Source: Candidatus Niyogibacteria bacterium (GTDB lineage Bacteria; Patescibacteriota; Minisyncoccia; HO2-45-28). Taken from it: a DNA stretch of 58,215 nucleotides. The notes beneath the pieces were generated by a model. That model searched no databases. It was given only the letters and a program-made list of their open reading frames with translations, and was not told the DNA's origin. The stretch is taken from contig JACOYI010000002.1 of NCBI GenBank assembly GCA_016181935.1, positions 1 to 58,215 of the forward strand. Direction: 5' to 3'. The position numbers were made by a program, and so were the translations under genes. This document shows positions 30,762-41,130 of this stretch, one piece after another. Within the stretch, counting starts at the first letter, position 1, and each line of letters opens with the position of its first letter.

Positions 30762-32024
30762 CTACTCATAACTCCGCATCACGATCTGCGCTTGGATCTG
30801 CTTCAACGTTTCAAGCACCACCGAAACCACGATCAAAAGCGCGGTGCCGCCGATGGTGAGCGTCACCAGCCCCGTGAGAGCCCGCATGGTGAGCGGCAAG
30901 ACCGCGATCACGCCCAAAAAGAGCGCCCCCACCAGCGTGATACGGCTCAAGATCTTATACAAAAACTCCGCGGTCGAGTGTCCCGGCCGGATGCCGGGGA
31001 TAAAAGCGCCCGATTTTTGCAAATTCTCCGCGATCGCATTCGGATCGAACGTCACCGACGTATAAAAATACGTGAACGCGAAAACCAGCGTGAAATACAA
31101 AACAGCGTCCGTCCACGGGTTCGCAAGAAACGCAAGGACCGCCTGCGATAGATTCTGAATGACGGCGTTTTGGACGCCTCCCAAAAATTTCATGATCATC
31201 TGCGGAAATAAAAGGATGGAAAGCGCAAAAATGATGGGGATCACGCCCGCCTGATTCACGCGAAGCGGCAAATACGTGGATGTGCCGCCGTAAACGCGGT
31301 TCCCGCGGATGCGGCGCGCATAGGAGACCGGCACGGGCCGCTGGCCTTCCGTAACGACAATGACCGCCGCAATGACCGCCACGGCCGCAATAACGAACGC
31401 GATCAAAATCGGGAGCTGGGTCGCATCGAACGTAAAAAGGGTCTGGCGAACGGCTTGCGGCAGAGCCGCAACGATACCCGCAAAAATGAGAATGGATATT
31501 CCGTTGCCAATGCCGTATTCCGTGATCAATTCGCCGAGCCACATCAGCAAGAGCGACCCCACGGTCACAATGACGATATTCGAAAACCGTTCGAACGCCG
31601 TAAGCTCGCCTAAAACACCCTGCTGTCCCAACAGCGCCAGAAGCGCGAACCCCTGTAGCATCGCCAGCGGCACCGTGAGATACCGTGAATACTGGTTGAA
31701 TTTCTGACGGCCCGCCTCCCCTTCTTCGTGATACATTTCTTTGAGCCGCGGAATGAGCATGGTCATCAGCTGCATGATGATGGATGCCGTGATGTAGGGA
31801 CCCACGCCGAGCATGAGGATCGAAAGGTTGTCCAGGGCGCCGCCCGTAAAAATATTCAAAAGCCCGAAGAATTGATTCCCACTAAAAAATGCGGCGAGCC
31901 GCCCTGCATCCACGCCTGGGATCGGGATCGCCGCTCCCACGCGGAAAAGCGCCAATACAAAAAGCACGAAAAGGATCTTCTTGCGCAGAGACGAATCTTT
32001 TACGATGAGGCGTAATGAATTCAC
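30762..32024 (-). CDS. secY: Preprotein translocase SecY
   Basis: LGVGPYITASII, GIGNGIS, FIPGIRPG; GTG overlapping the rplO stop. Confidence 0.98.
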   Translation of the reverse strand: MNSLRLIVKDSSLRKKILFVLFVLALFRVGAAIPIPGVDAGRLAAFFSGNQFFGLLNIFTGGALDNLSILMLGVGPYITASIIMQLMTMLIPRLKEMYHEEGEAGRQKFNQYSRYLTVPLAMLQGFALLALLGQQGVLGELTAFERFSNIVIVTVGSLLLMWLGELITEYGIGNGISILIFAGIVAALPQAVRQTLFTFDATQLPILIAFVIAAVAVIAAVIVVTEGQRPVPVSYARRIRGNRVYGGTSTYLPLRVNQAGVIPIIFALSILLFPQMIMKFLGGVQNAVIQNLSQAVLAFLANPWTDAVLYFTLVFAFTYFYTSVTFDPNAIAENLQKSGAFIPGIRPGHSTAEFLYKILSRITLVGALFLGVIAVLPLTMRALTGLVTLTIGGTALLIVVSVVLETLKQIQAQIVMRSYE

Positions 32025-32464
32025 GGCATTTTTACGGCGACCGAACCGCCGGCTTTTTCGATTTGCGTCTTGGCGGTCGCGCTCAATTGGCAATTTTTGA
32101 CAAGAAGTTTTCGTCCGACCTCCCCGGAACCCAAAAGCTTCACCTCCGGTATCTTGCCGCCCCGGCGGTGCAGGAGTCCCTTTTTCGCCAATGCTTCGGG
32201 CGTTACGGTTTCGCCGTCTTGAAAATGCTTGTTGAGCGCCCCAATATTCACCACCGCAATGCGATGGGACCGGATCTTCGAGCGATATCCGCGGAGTTTA
32301 GGAATTTTTTTGATGATATCGCGCATCTCCGGACGGATCCGGTGGCCCGCACGGGCTTTCTGCCCCTTTGTGCCGCGCCCGGAAAACGTGCCGCGCTTGC
32401 CACCCCTACCAACCCGCTTCTTCGTTTTACGCGCGGTTTTTGGTTTAAGCTCGTTTAGCTGCAT
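32021..32464 (-). CDS. rplO: 50S ribosomal protein L15
   Basis: RVGRGG..GRGTKGQKAR. Confidence 0.97.
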   Translation of the reverse strand: MQLNELKPKTARKTKKRVGRGGKRGTFSGRGTKGQKARAGHRIRPEMRDIIKKIPKLRGYRSKIRSHRIAVVNIGALNKHFQDGETVTPEALAKKGLLHRRGGKIPEVKLLGSGEVGRKLLVKNCQLSATAKTQIEKAGGSVAVKMP

Positions 32465-32948
32465 GACTCGATTTTAACATCATTAATGCGGCGATAGCGG
32501 CTTCGGCGTTCGTCACTTTGTTTTTCGTATGCGAAAGGATCTTTGCGGAAGCATTGCGCACCCCCGCCAGATCCAACACGGCGCGCACAGAACTTCCCGC
32601 GACAAGCCCGTGTCCCGCGGCCGCCGGACGGATCAAAACCCGGGCTGACGCGAATTTTCCGTCGACCATATGAGGGATCGAACTCGCTTCCGTGATGGGA
32701 ACGCGAATGGACAGGCGCCGCGCATTGCGAAACGCCTTTTGCATGGCGGCCGCCGTATCCGCGCCTTTACCGATACCGATACCCACTTCTCCTTTACGGT
32801 TTCCCGCCACGACGGTCGCACGGAAATTGAAACGCCGCCCGCCCGCTACGACGCGCGCAACGCGGCGCAGGTCGATCATTTTCTGCATAAACTCCGGCGG
32901 TTCCTGATTCGCGTTTCTTCGTGATGGCCGTGATGATTGGCGTACCAT
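32445..32948 (-). CDS. rpsE: 30S ribosomal protein S5
   Basis: RVARVVAGGRRFNF; no rpmD follows. Confidence 0.97.
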   Translation of the reverse strand: MVRQSSRPSRRNANQEPPEFMQKMIDLRRVARVVAGGRRFNFRATVVAGNRKGEVGIGIGKGADTAAAMQKAFRNARRLSIRVPITEASSIPHMVDGKFASARVLIRPAAAGHGLVAGSSVRAVLDLAGVRNASAKILSHTKNKVTNAEAAIAALMMLKSSHAAKRA

Positions 32949-32952
32949 GAAA

Positions 32953-33336
32953 TTAAAATTTAAGACCGCCCTTACGCGCCCCTTCGGCAAAGGCCTGCGT
33001 GCGGCCGTGATAAGAAAAACCACCGCGATCGAATACGACCTCGATGATATTCGCTTCGCGCGCTTTTTTCGCGAACGCTTCGCCGAATGCGCGCGCTCTT
33101 TCCGTTTTCGTCATTTTTTCGGCCCGAAGCCGACCAGCCTTGGGCTGGTTCTTGGCGAGCGACCGGTCCGACATCCCGATCAGAGTCCGCGCCGCATTAT
33201 CGTCCACCAGTTGAGCGTAGATATATTTACTCGAACGAAAAACGGACAGACGCGGGCGCTTGCTCGTCCCCTCCACGCGGCTTCGGACACGGATGTGGCG
33301 CCGGATGCGGCGCATTTTTGTCGTACTTGTTGTCAT
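32953..33336 (-). CDS. rplR: 50S ribosomal protein L18
   Basis: RPRLSVFRS, VFDRGGFSYHGR. Confidence 0.97.
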   Translation of the reverse strand: MTTSTTKMRRIRRHIRVRSRVEGTSKRPRLSVFRSSKYIYAQLVDDNAARTLIGMSDRSLAKNQPKAGRLRAEKMTKTERARAFGEAFAKKAREANIIEVVFDRGGFSYHGRTQAFAEGARKGGLKF

Positions 33337-33338
33337 CG

Positions 33339-33884
33339 TTATGCGGCGGATGCGACCACTTTTTTACCTGCCTTGCGGCGGATCACCTCGCCCGCGTATC
33401 GGATACCGGTTCCTTTGTAGGGTTCGGGTTTACGCACTCGCCGGATCCGCGCCGCTTCGTCCCCCACGGCTTCTTTATCCGAACCCGATACCGTGATGAT
33501 ATTTTTTTCGACTTTAAACAGAACTCCCGCTCTCGGCTCCACGACGACCGGATGCGAAAGGCCGACGTTGAGCGATACGGCCGCCCCGCGCATTTCGGCG
33601 CGGAACCCCACGCCCTCGATCTCCAATTTCTTCTCGAACCCGCGGGAAACGCCCTCAAGCATGTTCCTGACATGGCTCGCATATGTTCCCGAAAAAATGC
33701 GGCCTCGGCGCCCCTCCGCAACCGGACGGATCGCGACTTCGGACGCGGAAATTTCGAGCGTCAGATCCGAAGGGGTCGCCCGCTTCAATTCCCCCTTCGG
33801 TCCTTTCACGTAAAAAATTCCGTCGCGAAATTCGGCGGTCACTCCGGCTGGGATAGGAATGGGTTTTTTTGCAAGTCGGCTCAT
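33339..33884 (-). CDS. rplF: 50S ribosomal protein L6
   Basis: KGPKGEL, PEPYKGTGIRY. Confidence 0.98.
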   Translation of the reverse strand: MSRLAKKPIPIPAGVTAEFRDGIFYVKGPKGELKRATPSDLTLEISASEVAIRPVAEGRRGRIFSGTYASHVRNMLEGVSRGFEKKLEIEGVGFRAEMRGAAVSLNVGLSHPVVVEPRAGVLFKVEKNIITVSGSDKEAVGDEAARIRRVRKPEPYKGTGIRYAGEVIRRKAGKKVVASAA

Positions 33885-33888
33885 ACAA

Positions 33889-34281
33889 TCAATAGATCTC
33901 CCCGATCACTTCACCTCCTAGTTTTGTGCCCCGCGCTTTTCTGTCGTCCATGATGCCCTCAGGCGTTGAGACGATATACATTCCTCCGCCGCGCGCCGAC
34001 GGATGCAATTCCTTGTATCCCTTATACACGCGACGGGACGGCTTCGAGATCCGCTTCAGCTCGCGGACCCGCCCGATGCCCGAAGGTTCATAGACAAGCC
34101 GCAATTCAAGACCGCGTTTATTTTTCTTCCCGCGACGCACGACATCCGCCACGAACCGGTGCGCCTCCAAAATTTTCGCGATGTCGTGTTTGATGCGCGA
34201 ATGCGGGATCACGACCGAAGCGAGCCGCGCTCGCTGCGCGTTCTTGATACGGACGAACATATCTGCAATCGGGTCGGTCAT
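33889..34281 (-). CDS. rpsH: 30S ribosomal protein S8
   Basis: TDPIADM..RIKNA, ISKPSRRVY. Confidence 0.98.
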   Translation of the reverse strand: MTDPIADMFVRIKNAQRARLASVVIPHSRIKHDIAKILEAHRFVADVVRRGKKNKRGLELRLVYEPSGIGRVRELKRISKPSRRVYKGYKELHPSARGGGMYIVSTPEGIMDDRKARGTKLGGEVIGEIY

Positions 34282-34322
34282 TTCAGTTGAAAATTGAAAA
34301 TATAAAATTTAAAAACATTCCA

Positions 34323-34508
34323 TTACCAACTGCTCTTCCGGATACCCGGAATAACCCCTTCATTCGCGAGCTCCCGGAAACAGATCCGGCATAAACCAAA
34401 ATCGCGCATGAAGCCGTGCTTGCGCCCGCACCGAAAACACCGCCGCACGACGCGGGATTTATATTTGGGGGGCTTTTTGGCGCGAGCAATAACGGATGTT
34501 TTGGCCAT
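34323..34508 (-). CDS. rpsN: 30S ribosomal protein S14 (Zn-binding type)
   Basis: [19 protein letters not shown]. Confidence 0.97.
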   Translation of the reverse strand: MAKTSVIARAKKPPKYKSRVVRRCFRCGRKHGFMRDFGLCRICFRELANEGVIPGIRKSSW

Positions 34509-34510
34509 GA

Positions 34511-35047
34511 TCATTTCTTGAACGGGATCCCCAGCGCGCGGAACAATGCTTCGGCGTCGTGACGCGTTCGTGCATTCGTTACGAGCGTTATCTCGAATCC
34601 GAAGGCGGGTTTTGCGTCTTCCCCGATCATTTCTGGAAATACACTATGCTCCTTGAAGCCGAGCGTCAAGTTGCCGCTTTCATCGATCGACCGGGGATCA
34701 ATGCCCCGAAAATCGCGCAACCGCGGGATCGCGACACGGATCAAGCGCTCCAGAAAATCATACATGCGCGCTCGGCGCAGAACCGTCCCGAAACCGATGA
34801 CGAGGCCAATGCGGGTTTTGAACGCCGCAATGGATTTGCGGGCTTTTTTCGGCGCAACTTTTTGGCCGACGATCAATCCAAGCGCTCTCGCGATGGCTTC
34901 GCGCTCTTTTTCGTCGCGGCGGCCGACACCCGTATTCACCACGATCTTCGTGAGCCGAGGAACCGCGAGAACGGATGTTTTACTCAATTCCCGCTTGAGT
35001 TGCGGGACGACGACCGTCCGATAATGATTCAATAAAGAAGGGGTCAT
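34511..35047 (-). CDS. rplE: 50S ribosomal protein L5
   Basis: [17 protein letters not shown]. Confidence 0.97.
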   Translation of the reverse strand: MTPSLLNHYRTVVVPQLKRELSKTSVLAVPRLTKIVVNTGVGRRDEKEREAIARALGLIVGQKVAPKKARKSIAAFKTRIGLVIGFGTVLRRARMYDFLERLIRVAIPRLRDFRGIDPRSIDESGNLTLGFKEHSVFPEMIGEDAKPAFGFEITLVTNARTRHDAEALFRALGIPFKK

Positions 35048-35053
35048 AAATGT

Positions 35054-35368
35054 TTAGGCGATCACTGCGCCGCACTTCCGGCATACGCGCGTTTTCGCGG
35101 TTCCCTCATGAGACCACCGGGGCCGCATGGGCCGCGAACACGACGGACACACCAGCATCACATTCGAAATCGAAAAAGGCGAGGGGATCGAAAGGATCTG
35201 CCCTTTTTCATTCGCCTTTCGCGCGCGCTGGTGACGCTTGCGAATGTTCACGCCATCCGCGACGATGCGGGCTTCTTGCGGCAGAACGCGAAGGACTTTC
35301 ACGGTTTTGCCCCGATCTTTTCCCGAAATGATCTTCACCGTGTCGTTTTTTTTGATGAAAACTGCCAT
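35054..35368 (-). CDS. rplX: 50S ribosomal protein L24
   Basis: IKKNDTVKIISGKDRGK. Confidence 0.97.
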   Translation of the reverse strand: MAVFIKKNDTVKIISGKDRGKTVKVLRVLPQEARIVADGVNIRKRHQRARKANEKGQILSIPSPFSISNVMLVCPSCSRPMRPRWSHEGTAKTRVCRKCGAVIA

Positions 35369-35372
35369 ACAA

Positions 35373-35738
35373 TTACACGACCTCGACCGCCAATGATGCG
35401 ATCTTCGTAAATCCGCGTTCTCGGATCTCTCTAGGAATCGGCCCGAAAATGCGCCCACCCTTCGGTTCCTGACCGTCCAAAATCACGACCGCGTTATCGT
35501 CGAACCGGATATACGACCCATCGGAACGACGGAATGGTTCGCGCTGACGCACCACCACGGCCTTGACCACGTCCTTTTTCTTAACGGCTTTGCGCGGTTC
35601 GGCTCGGCGGACGGATACCACCACAATATCCCCCAACTGGGCGACTCGACGGCGCGATCCGCCCAACACCTTAAAACACTGGACCAGCTTTGCTCCCGAA
35701 TTATCCGCTACATTCAAAATGGATCGTGGCTGGATCAT
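35373..35738 (-). CDS. rplN: 50S ribosomal protein L14
   Basis: [15 protein letters not shown]. Confidence 0.98.
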   Translation of the reverse strand: MIQPRSILNVADNSGAKLVQCFKVLGGSRRRVAQLGDIVVVSVRRAEPRKAVKKKDVVKAVVVRQREPFRRSDGSYIRFDDNAVVILDGQEPKGGRIFGPIPREIRERGFTKIASLAVEVV

Positions 35739-35739
35739 A

Positions 35740-35982
35740 TCATTGTGCCTTCTCGGTAATGCGCCACCGCTTGGTTCTTGAGCGGGGCCGCGTCGATTCA
35801 ATGGTCACGATGTCGCCTTTTTGATGGACGTGCATCGCATCCTCGGCATGGTATCTTTTCGACCGTTTAAAAAATTTGAAATATTTCGGGTGCTCGATGA
35901 ATCGCGCGCATTCCACCACCGCCGTCGTTGGGGACGGCTTCGAAATGATCGTTCCTTTCAGTTGTTGTTTGATGATGGTCAT
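35740..35982 (-). CDS. rpsQ: 30S ribosomal protein S17
   Basis: [21 protein letters not shown]. Confidence 0.95.
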   Translation of the reverse strand: MTIIKQQLKGTIISKPSPTTAVVECARFIEHPKYFKFFKRSKRYHAEDAMHVHQKGDIVTIESTRPRSRTKRWRITEKAQ

Positions 35983-36176
35983 ACGTTTTTTTGATGCATG
36001 CGGGTCAGGATCCGCGCGATGGCTTTTTTTCGTTCGCGACCTTCTTTGACGTTCTTCACTTTGCCCTGCGCGATACGAAACCGGAACACGCGCGCCCCTT
36101 CCCGCTCACGATCAAGCATCTCCTGCAACGCCTGCCGGGACGATCCCGCGATCTCTTTTCGAATTTCTTTTTTCAT
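35979..36176 (-). CDS. rpmC: 50S ribosomal protein L29
   Basis: Position; KKAIARILT. Confidence 0.9.
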   Translation of the reverse strand: MKKEIRKEIAGSSRQALQEMLDREREGARVFRFRIAQGKVKNVKEGRERKKAIARILTRMHQKNV

Positions 36177-36598
36177 GATCGTTCGATGCGGCTTACGACT
36201 TTCGTCCGAACGGGGAGCTTACTCGACGCTTTACGAAGCGCCTCCCGGGCGGCATCGGGCGAGAGCCCGTCGATCTCCAAGATCATACTGCCCATTTTCA
36301 CGACCGCGTAATATCCGACGGGATCGCCTTTGCCTTTTCCCATGCCGACCTCCGGCGGTTTTGCCGTGCGGGGACGATCCGGAAAGATCCGGATCCACAT
36401 TTTGCCGGACTTTTGGATATAGCGCGATATGGCTTTCCGCGCCGCTTCGATCTGCTCCGAAGAGATCAGGCCCCCTTCTTCCGCTTTTACGCCGTAAGAA
36501 CCGAACGCCAATTCAACGCCGCGCGTTGCGACCCCGTCTTCCGAGTGGCGCAATCTCTGCCACTTGCGATGTTTCACTTTTTTAGGAAATAACGTCAT
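36173..36598 (-). CDS. rplP: 50S ribosomal protein L16
   Basis: QIEAARK, WIRIFPD, MGKGKG. Confidence 0.98.
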   Translation of the reverse strand: MTLFPKKVKHRKWQRLRHSEDGVATRGVELAFGSYGVKAEEGGLISSEQIEAARKAISRYIQKSGKMWIRIFPDRPRTAKPPEVGMGKGKGDPVGYYAVVKMGSMILEIDGLSPDAAREALRKASSKLPVRTKVVSRIERS

Positions 36599-37263
36599 GC
36601 TTTTTTCTTTCGCTCATCAAAAATCTCGCCTTTATAGATCCACACTTTGATGCCGATGTCGCCGTACGGCAGATGGGCGCGGGTCCGTGAAAAATCAATG
36701 TCCGCGCGGATCGTCTGAAGCGGGATCCGGCCATTCATCTGCCACTCTCGCCTCGACATTTCCGCGCCGCCCAGCCGCCCGGAAAGCGCGATTTTCACGC
36801 CTTTCGCCTCTTTATGCGCCGACACCTTGGAAAGTGTTTGCTTTAAGACGCGGCGGAACGGCAGACGTTTTTCGAGTCCCTCGGCGACCATTTGCCCGAT
36901 GATCGCGGCATCGGTCTCCGGATTCTTGACCTCTTCGATCGTCAATTTCAATTCCGGCGTTTTTGCAAATCCCCACGCCGCAAGACGGCGAACGATGTCG
37001 TCTTTCAATGCCGTAGCTCCGGCGCCGGAACGGCCAATGATCAGGCCGGGCCGCGATGTGTGGATCGCGATATGCAAAACGGCCGGCGAGCGCTCGATCT
37101 CGATCCTCGCAACATACATTTTCGCGAGACGCGCCCCCAGCCACTCGCGAAGTTTAACATCCGCTTCGAGCAGCGTCCGGTAGTGCCGACGGTTGAACCA
37201 CCGCGACTTCCAATCGCGGATCTGGCCTAATCGAAATGAGTATGGATGGACGTGGTGTGTCAT
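36595..37263 (-). CDS. rpsC: 30S ribosomal protein S3
   Basis: HPYSFRLG, RPGLIIGRSG, GRLGGAE. Confidence 0.98.
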   Translation of the reverse strand: MTHHVHPYSFRLGQIRDWKSRWFNRRHYRTLLEADVKLREWLGARLAKMYVARIEIERSPAVLHIAIHTSRPGLIIGRSGAGATALKDDIVRRLAAWGFAKTPELKLTIEEVKNPETDAAIIGQMVAEGLEKRLPFRRVLKQTLSKVSAHKEAKGVKIALSGRLGGAEMSRREWQMNGRIPLQTIRADIDFSRTRAHLPYGDIGIKVWIYKGEIFDERKKKA

Positions 37264-37264
37264 A

Positions 37265-37627
37265 TTACTCGGAGGGGGAAACCTTTTCTTTTGTGGCACG
37301 CTCCGCAAGCTCGATCCTTACGTGGCTTGTTTTCTTGCGGATGGGAGAGGCCATTCCGTGCCATTTCGTCCGGAAGCGTTTGAATACCGCGCCTTGATCA
37401 ACGGTGACCTTTGAAATAATCAGCGCGTCCGCTTCTTTGCCGATGGTGTTTTTTGCGTTCGCAACCGCAGATTTCAGCAATTTCGCGAGATCTTTCGCCG
37501 GCTTTTCTTTTGTGAACCGCAAAAGCGCCGCGGCTTCGTTTACGGATTTATTCCGGATAAGATCCGCGACGCGGCGGACTTTTCTCGGAGCGATATGCAA
37601 ATGCTGAATGGTCGCTTTCATGGTCAT
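37265..37627 (-). CDS. rplV: 50S ribosomal protein L22
   Basis: [18 protein letters not shown]. Confidence 0.97.
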   Translation of the reverse strand: MTMKATIQHLHIAPRKVRRVADLIRNKSVNEAAALLRFTKEKPAKDLAKLLKSAVANAKNTIGKEADALIISKVTVDQGAVFKRFRTKWHGMASPIRKKTSHVRIELAERATKEKVSPSE

Positions 37628-37974
37628 TTTTTAACAGGGACGGGTCCGCCGGCCGGTGGGGCGGCCGCGGAGGCGGCTTTGGTCGCTTCGGCCGCTTTCG
37701 TTTCCAGTTCTTTCTGCATTTTGCCGCCGTGTCGCGTGAAGCGGCGCGTCGGCGAAAATTCGCCGAGGCGATGCCCCACCATATCTTCGGCAACGGTTAC
37801 GGAAATAAAATCTTTCCCGTTGTGAACGCCGAACGTGTACCCCACCATTTCGGGCGCGATCTGGCTGTCGCGAGACCATGTTTTAACAACCGCCTTCGAT
37901 CCTGCCGAAAGACGCCCGATTTTCTTCAGTAATTTAGGGTCTACATAGGGACCTTTTTTTGCTGAGCGTGACAT
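37624..37974 (-). CDS. rpsS: 30S ribosomal protein S19
   Basis: [16 protein letters not shown]. Confidence 0.98.
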   Translation of the reverse strand: MSRSAKKGPYVDPKLLKKIGRLSAGSKAVVKTWSRDSQIAPEMVGYTFGVHNGKDFISVTVAEDMVGHRLGEFSPTRRFTRHGGKMQKELETKAAEATKAASAAAPPAGGPVPVKK

Positions 37975-37977
37975 AGG

Positions 37978-38805
37978 TTAATTTTTTGTGCGGCGCGAAA
38001 GAATAAAGGCGCTCGAATATTTCTTGGGACGGCGGGTCTTGACGCCGCGGGTTCCCTTGCCCCAAAGATTCTTGGGACGCCGCGTTCCGCGCATCGCTCG
38101 GCCTTCGCCTCCGCCGTAAGGATGATCCACCGGATTCATGGCCGATCCGCGCACGGTCGGACGAATGCCTTTGTGGCGCGAACGGCCGGCCTTACCGACC
38201 GCCACGAACCCGTGCTCTTCATTCGATACATGACCGATGGACGCCCATGCCTTTGAATTGACGGCGCGAATTTCACCGGACGCCATTCGTATCTGCGTCC
38301 GGGCGCCCTCCTGCGCCAATACTTCGGCGCGTGAACCGGCGCCGCGGATCAGCTTCGCGCCCGCTCCCGGCTGAATCTCGACATTATAGACAAGAGTTCC
38401 GGACGGAATCAAGTGAAGCGGCCGGCGGTTTCCGGGCGTTAGCGCCGCCGTTTCCGACGCAAGAACTTCATCTCCAACCTTCATGCCGGACGGCATCAGG
38501 TGATAACGGTATTCGCCGTCCTGATACAGTGCCAAACCGATAAATCCGGTCCGGTTGGGATCATATTCGATGCTCACGATTTTTGCCGGAATCCCGATTT
38601 TATAGTGGAAATCAATATCCCGCCACAGCCGCTTCTCCCCGCCTCCTTTGTGCCGCGTCGTGATGCGGCCGTGATGATTGCGCCCGACGAACCGATGGCG
38701 GCCGCGGGTCAAACTTTTCTTCGGTTGAGAGCTCGAAAGCGCCGACCGGTAGTCGACGACCTGCATGTGACGCCGCGAGGGCGTGGTGGGGCGGTAATTT
38801 TTCAT
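37978..38805 (-). CDS. rplB: 50S ribosomal protein L2
   Basis: EYDPNR, MNPVDHPYGGGEG. Confidence 0.98.
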   Translation of the reverse strand: MKNYRPTTPSRRHMQVVDYRSALSSSQPKKSLTRGRHRFVGRNHHGRITTRHKGGGEKRLWRDIDFHYKIGIPAKIVSIEYDPNRTGFIGLALYQDGEYRYHLMPSGMKVGDEVLASETAALTPGNRRPLHLIPSGTLVYNVEIQPGAGAKLIRGAGSRAEVLAQEGARTQIRMASGEIRAVNSKAWASIGHVSNEEHGFVAVGKAGRSRHKGIRPTVRGSAMNPVDHPYGGGEGRAMRGTRRPKNLWGKGTRGVKTRRPKKYSSAFILSRRTKN

Positions 38806-38806
38806 A

Positions 38807-39241
38807 TTAAACAAATTCGATCGTCTGGCCTTTCTCAAGAGTAACGAGCGCCTTGCGAAAACCCGGACGCCGGCCGGGATGGCGTCCGTACGTGACCTTG
38901 CGCGACGGTACGGAAACAACATTCACCCGCCGCACGCGAACGCGATACAGCTCTTCGACCGCTTTTCGGATCGCGGGGCTCGCCGCGTCCGACGCCACAC
39001 GAAACACGTACGTTCCGGTTTCCGCTAACCGCGCGGTCTTTTCCGTGATGTGGGGGCGCTCCAAAAGAATGCCGGCCATTTTCGATGACCCCGCCGGCAA
39101 AACGGCTACCGATGGTTCATCCGGATGCTCTTCGGCGGGACCATGCTCCGAGTGCTTCACCGAATTGGAGCCAACCTCGGCCGTCGGACGGGTCAATTTT
39201 TCGCGTGTCTGTTTCTTTTTGAAAAAATCGAGAAGGGCCAT
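38807..39241 (-). CDS. rplW: 50S ribosomal protein L23 with N-terminal extension
   Basis: PHITEK, RKALVTL. Confidence 0.95.
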   Translation of the reverse strand: MALLDFFKKKQTREKLTRPTAEVGSNSVKHSEHGPAEEHPDEPSVAVLPAGSSKMAGILLERPHITEKTARLAETGTYVFRVASDAASPAIRKAVEELYRVRVRRVNVVSVPSRKVTYGRHPGRRPGFRKALVTLEKGQTIEFV

Positions 39242-39250
39242 AAATTGATG

Positions 39251-39895
39251 TTATTTTTTTGCGCCGAATGCGCCCGCAGCGTCTTTCCCAAGAATGATAA
39301 ATCGCGCGCCCAATACGTCGAGCGCCGTTAAATTCCGCGTCTCGACGGTTCGAACGCCCGGAATATTGCGGAATGCGCGCGCCGTTCGAGGATCTTGGGC
39401 GCCGATGATGATACCCGTATTCTTTTCGCGAATCGCTTCAAACCCCGGGATATGAGAAAGGGACCGAAGCGCGACGGCCGCCGTTTTCGTTTTGCCTTCC
39501 GGAATGATGGCGGCATCCAACACCAGCATTTCATTGTCCGCTTTCTTTCGGGCAAGCGCCATCCATAATGCTTTTGTTTTCATTTTGCGGGGAAGCGCTT
39601 TCCCGAACAATTTTTCTTTTGTCGGTCCATGCGTGACTCCGCCGCCTTTCCAGATCGGCGAGCGGATCGAACCGTGGCGCGCCCGGCCCGTGCCCTTTTG
39701 CCGCCACGGTTTTTTGCCGCCGCCGCGGACCTCGCCGCGGCCTTTCGCATGCGCGACCGGAGCGCGCGCGTTCATGCGCATCGCTTCCACGATCTGATGC
39801 ATAAGGTCAACGTTCCACCGAACCCCGAATACGGATTCCGGAAGCTCGATGGTTCCGGTTTTTTCCGCTTTCCAATTGTAGATATCGGTTTTCAT
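39251..39895 (-). CDS. rplD: 50S ribosomal protein L4
   Basis: KPWRQKGTGRARHGS. Confidence 0.98.
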   Translation of the reverse strand: MKTDIYNWKAEKTGTIELPESVFGVRWNVDLMHQIVEAMRMNARAPVAHAKGRGEVRGGGKKPWRQKGTGRARHGSIRSPIWKGGGVTHGPTKEKLFGKALPRKMKTKALWMALARKKADNEMLVLDAAIIPEGKTKTAAVALRSLSHIPGFEAIREKNTGIIIGAQDPRTARAFRNIPGVRTVETRNLTALDVLGARFIILGKDAAGAFGAKK

Positions 39896-39901
39896 ATGTT
39901 C

Positions 39902-40058
39902 ATGAATGACAAAATCAATTTCAGAGTACATTCAAATATCCAGCGGTATTTGAATTCCGTCCTCGGCGTTTTGCTTTTTGGTTCGCTTCGCGAAAGTATA
40001 ACCAAAAAGCGCCATGCAAAACGCCTGCGGAGCCTCTAAAATTGATTTTGTCATTCAT
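39902..40058. mobile_element. MITE-like structured element, family B copy 3
   Basis: TIR atgaatgacaaaatcaattt/aaattgattttgtcattcat; contains the rplC TGA stop. Confidence 0.8.
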
Positions 40059-40681
40059 ATTATTTTCCGAATTTCAACCAGCGTATCGCGGCGGCCCGGA
40101 ATAGCGCCCGAAACCGCGACCAGATTTTTTTCGGCGTCCGCAAAAACGATCTCGAGATTGCGCACCGTCACGCGCTCGCCCCCCATCCGGCCGGCCATGC
40201 GCATTCCTTTCGCGACCCGCCCGCCGGCTCTGCCGCCCCCTCCGATCGAACCCGCCTCGCGTTCCGAATGTTTTTGTCCATGGGTTCGCGAACCGCCATG
40301 AAATCCATGACGCTTTACGACGCCTTGAAATCCCTTGCCTTTTGAAATCGCGCTGACCTTCACTTTATCGCCGGTATTAAAAACGGAGGCGGTGATGGCG
40401 TCTCCGACATTGAAATCCGAGGGATTCGAAACCCGAAATTCGCGCACCCAGCGGAACGACGCATCGGGAATCGCTTTCCATTGGCCGCGGACCGGCTTCG
40501 GAATGCGCTTCGGATTCTTCCGGCCGAACCCCACCTGAACCGCATCATAACCGTCTTTCTCGGCCGTCTTCACCTGCGTCACGATCATCGGTCCCGATTC
40601 CACAAGAGTAACCGGCCGGACAATGCCCGCCTTCGTGAAAAACTGCGTCATATTCACTTTTTTGCCGAGAATGAATGCCAT
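40055..40681 (-). CDS. rplC: 50S ribosomal protein L3
   Basis: [20 protein letters not shown]. Confidence 0.98.
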   Translation of the reverse strand: MAFILGKKVNMTQFFTKAGIVRPVTLVESGPMIVTQVKTAEKDGYDAVQVGFGRKNPKRIPKPVRGQWKAIPDASFRWVREFRVSNPSDFNVGDAITASVFNTGDKVKVSAISKGKGFQGVVKRHGFHGGSRTHGQKHSEREAGSIGGGGRAGGRVAKGMRMAGRMGGERVTVRNLEIVFADAEKNLVAVSGAIPGRRDTLVEIRKII

Positions 40682-40743
40682 AGTGTTTCAACAAAAAACC
40701 CCGGCCTCGCGGGATCTTCTGCAAAAAACCCGTCCCTTATTAC

Positions 40744-41112
40744 TTACATCATTTTAACTTCAATGTCCACTCCCGCCGGCAAATTAAGGTTGGTGAGCGC
40801 ATCAATGATCTTTGCCGTCGGATTTAAGATATCAATCAGCCGTTTATGCACGCGCATTTCGAATTGCTCCCGCGCATTCTTGTGAACGAAGGTGGAACGG
40901 TTGACGGTATATTTGCGGATCTCGGTCGGCAATGGTACGGGGCCGGTTATCTCCGCTCCGTAGCGCAATGACGTATCCACGATCTGGCGGACCGATGCGT
41001 CCAAGATCTTATGATCATATCCGCGCACGCGGATGCGCAAGTGTTGCCGCTCCTCCTTCAGTTCCTTTACTTTTTTCGCTCGGGATTCTTGAGCTTTCGC
41101 TTTGACAGCCAC
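40744..41112 (-). CDS. rpsJ: 30S ribosomal protein S10
   Basis: [22 protein letters not shown]. Confidence 0.97.
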   Translation of the reverse strand: MAVKAKAQESRAKKVKELKEERQHLRIRVRGYDHKILDASVRQIVDTSLRYGAEITGPVPLPTEIRKYTVNRSTFVHKNAREQFEMRVHKRLIDILNPTAKIIDALTNLNLPAGVDIEVKMM

Positions 41113-41130
41113 GGATTTGGGCAGACGAAA

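Noticed and set aside
32445-32464. Absence of rpmD (L30) as a novelty
   Set aside because: Established CPR hallmark; used only for taxonomy.
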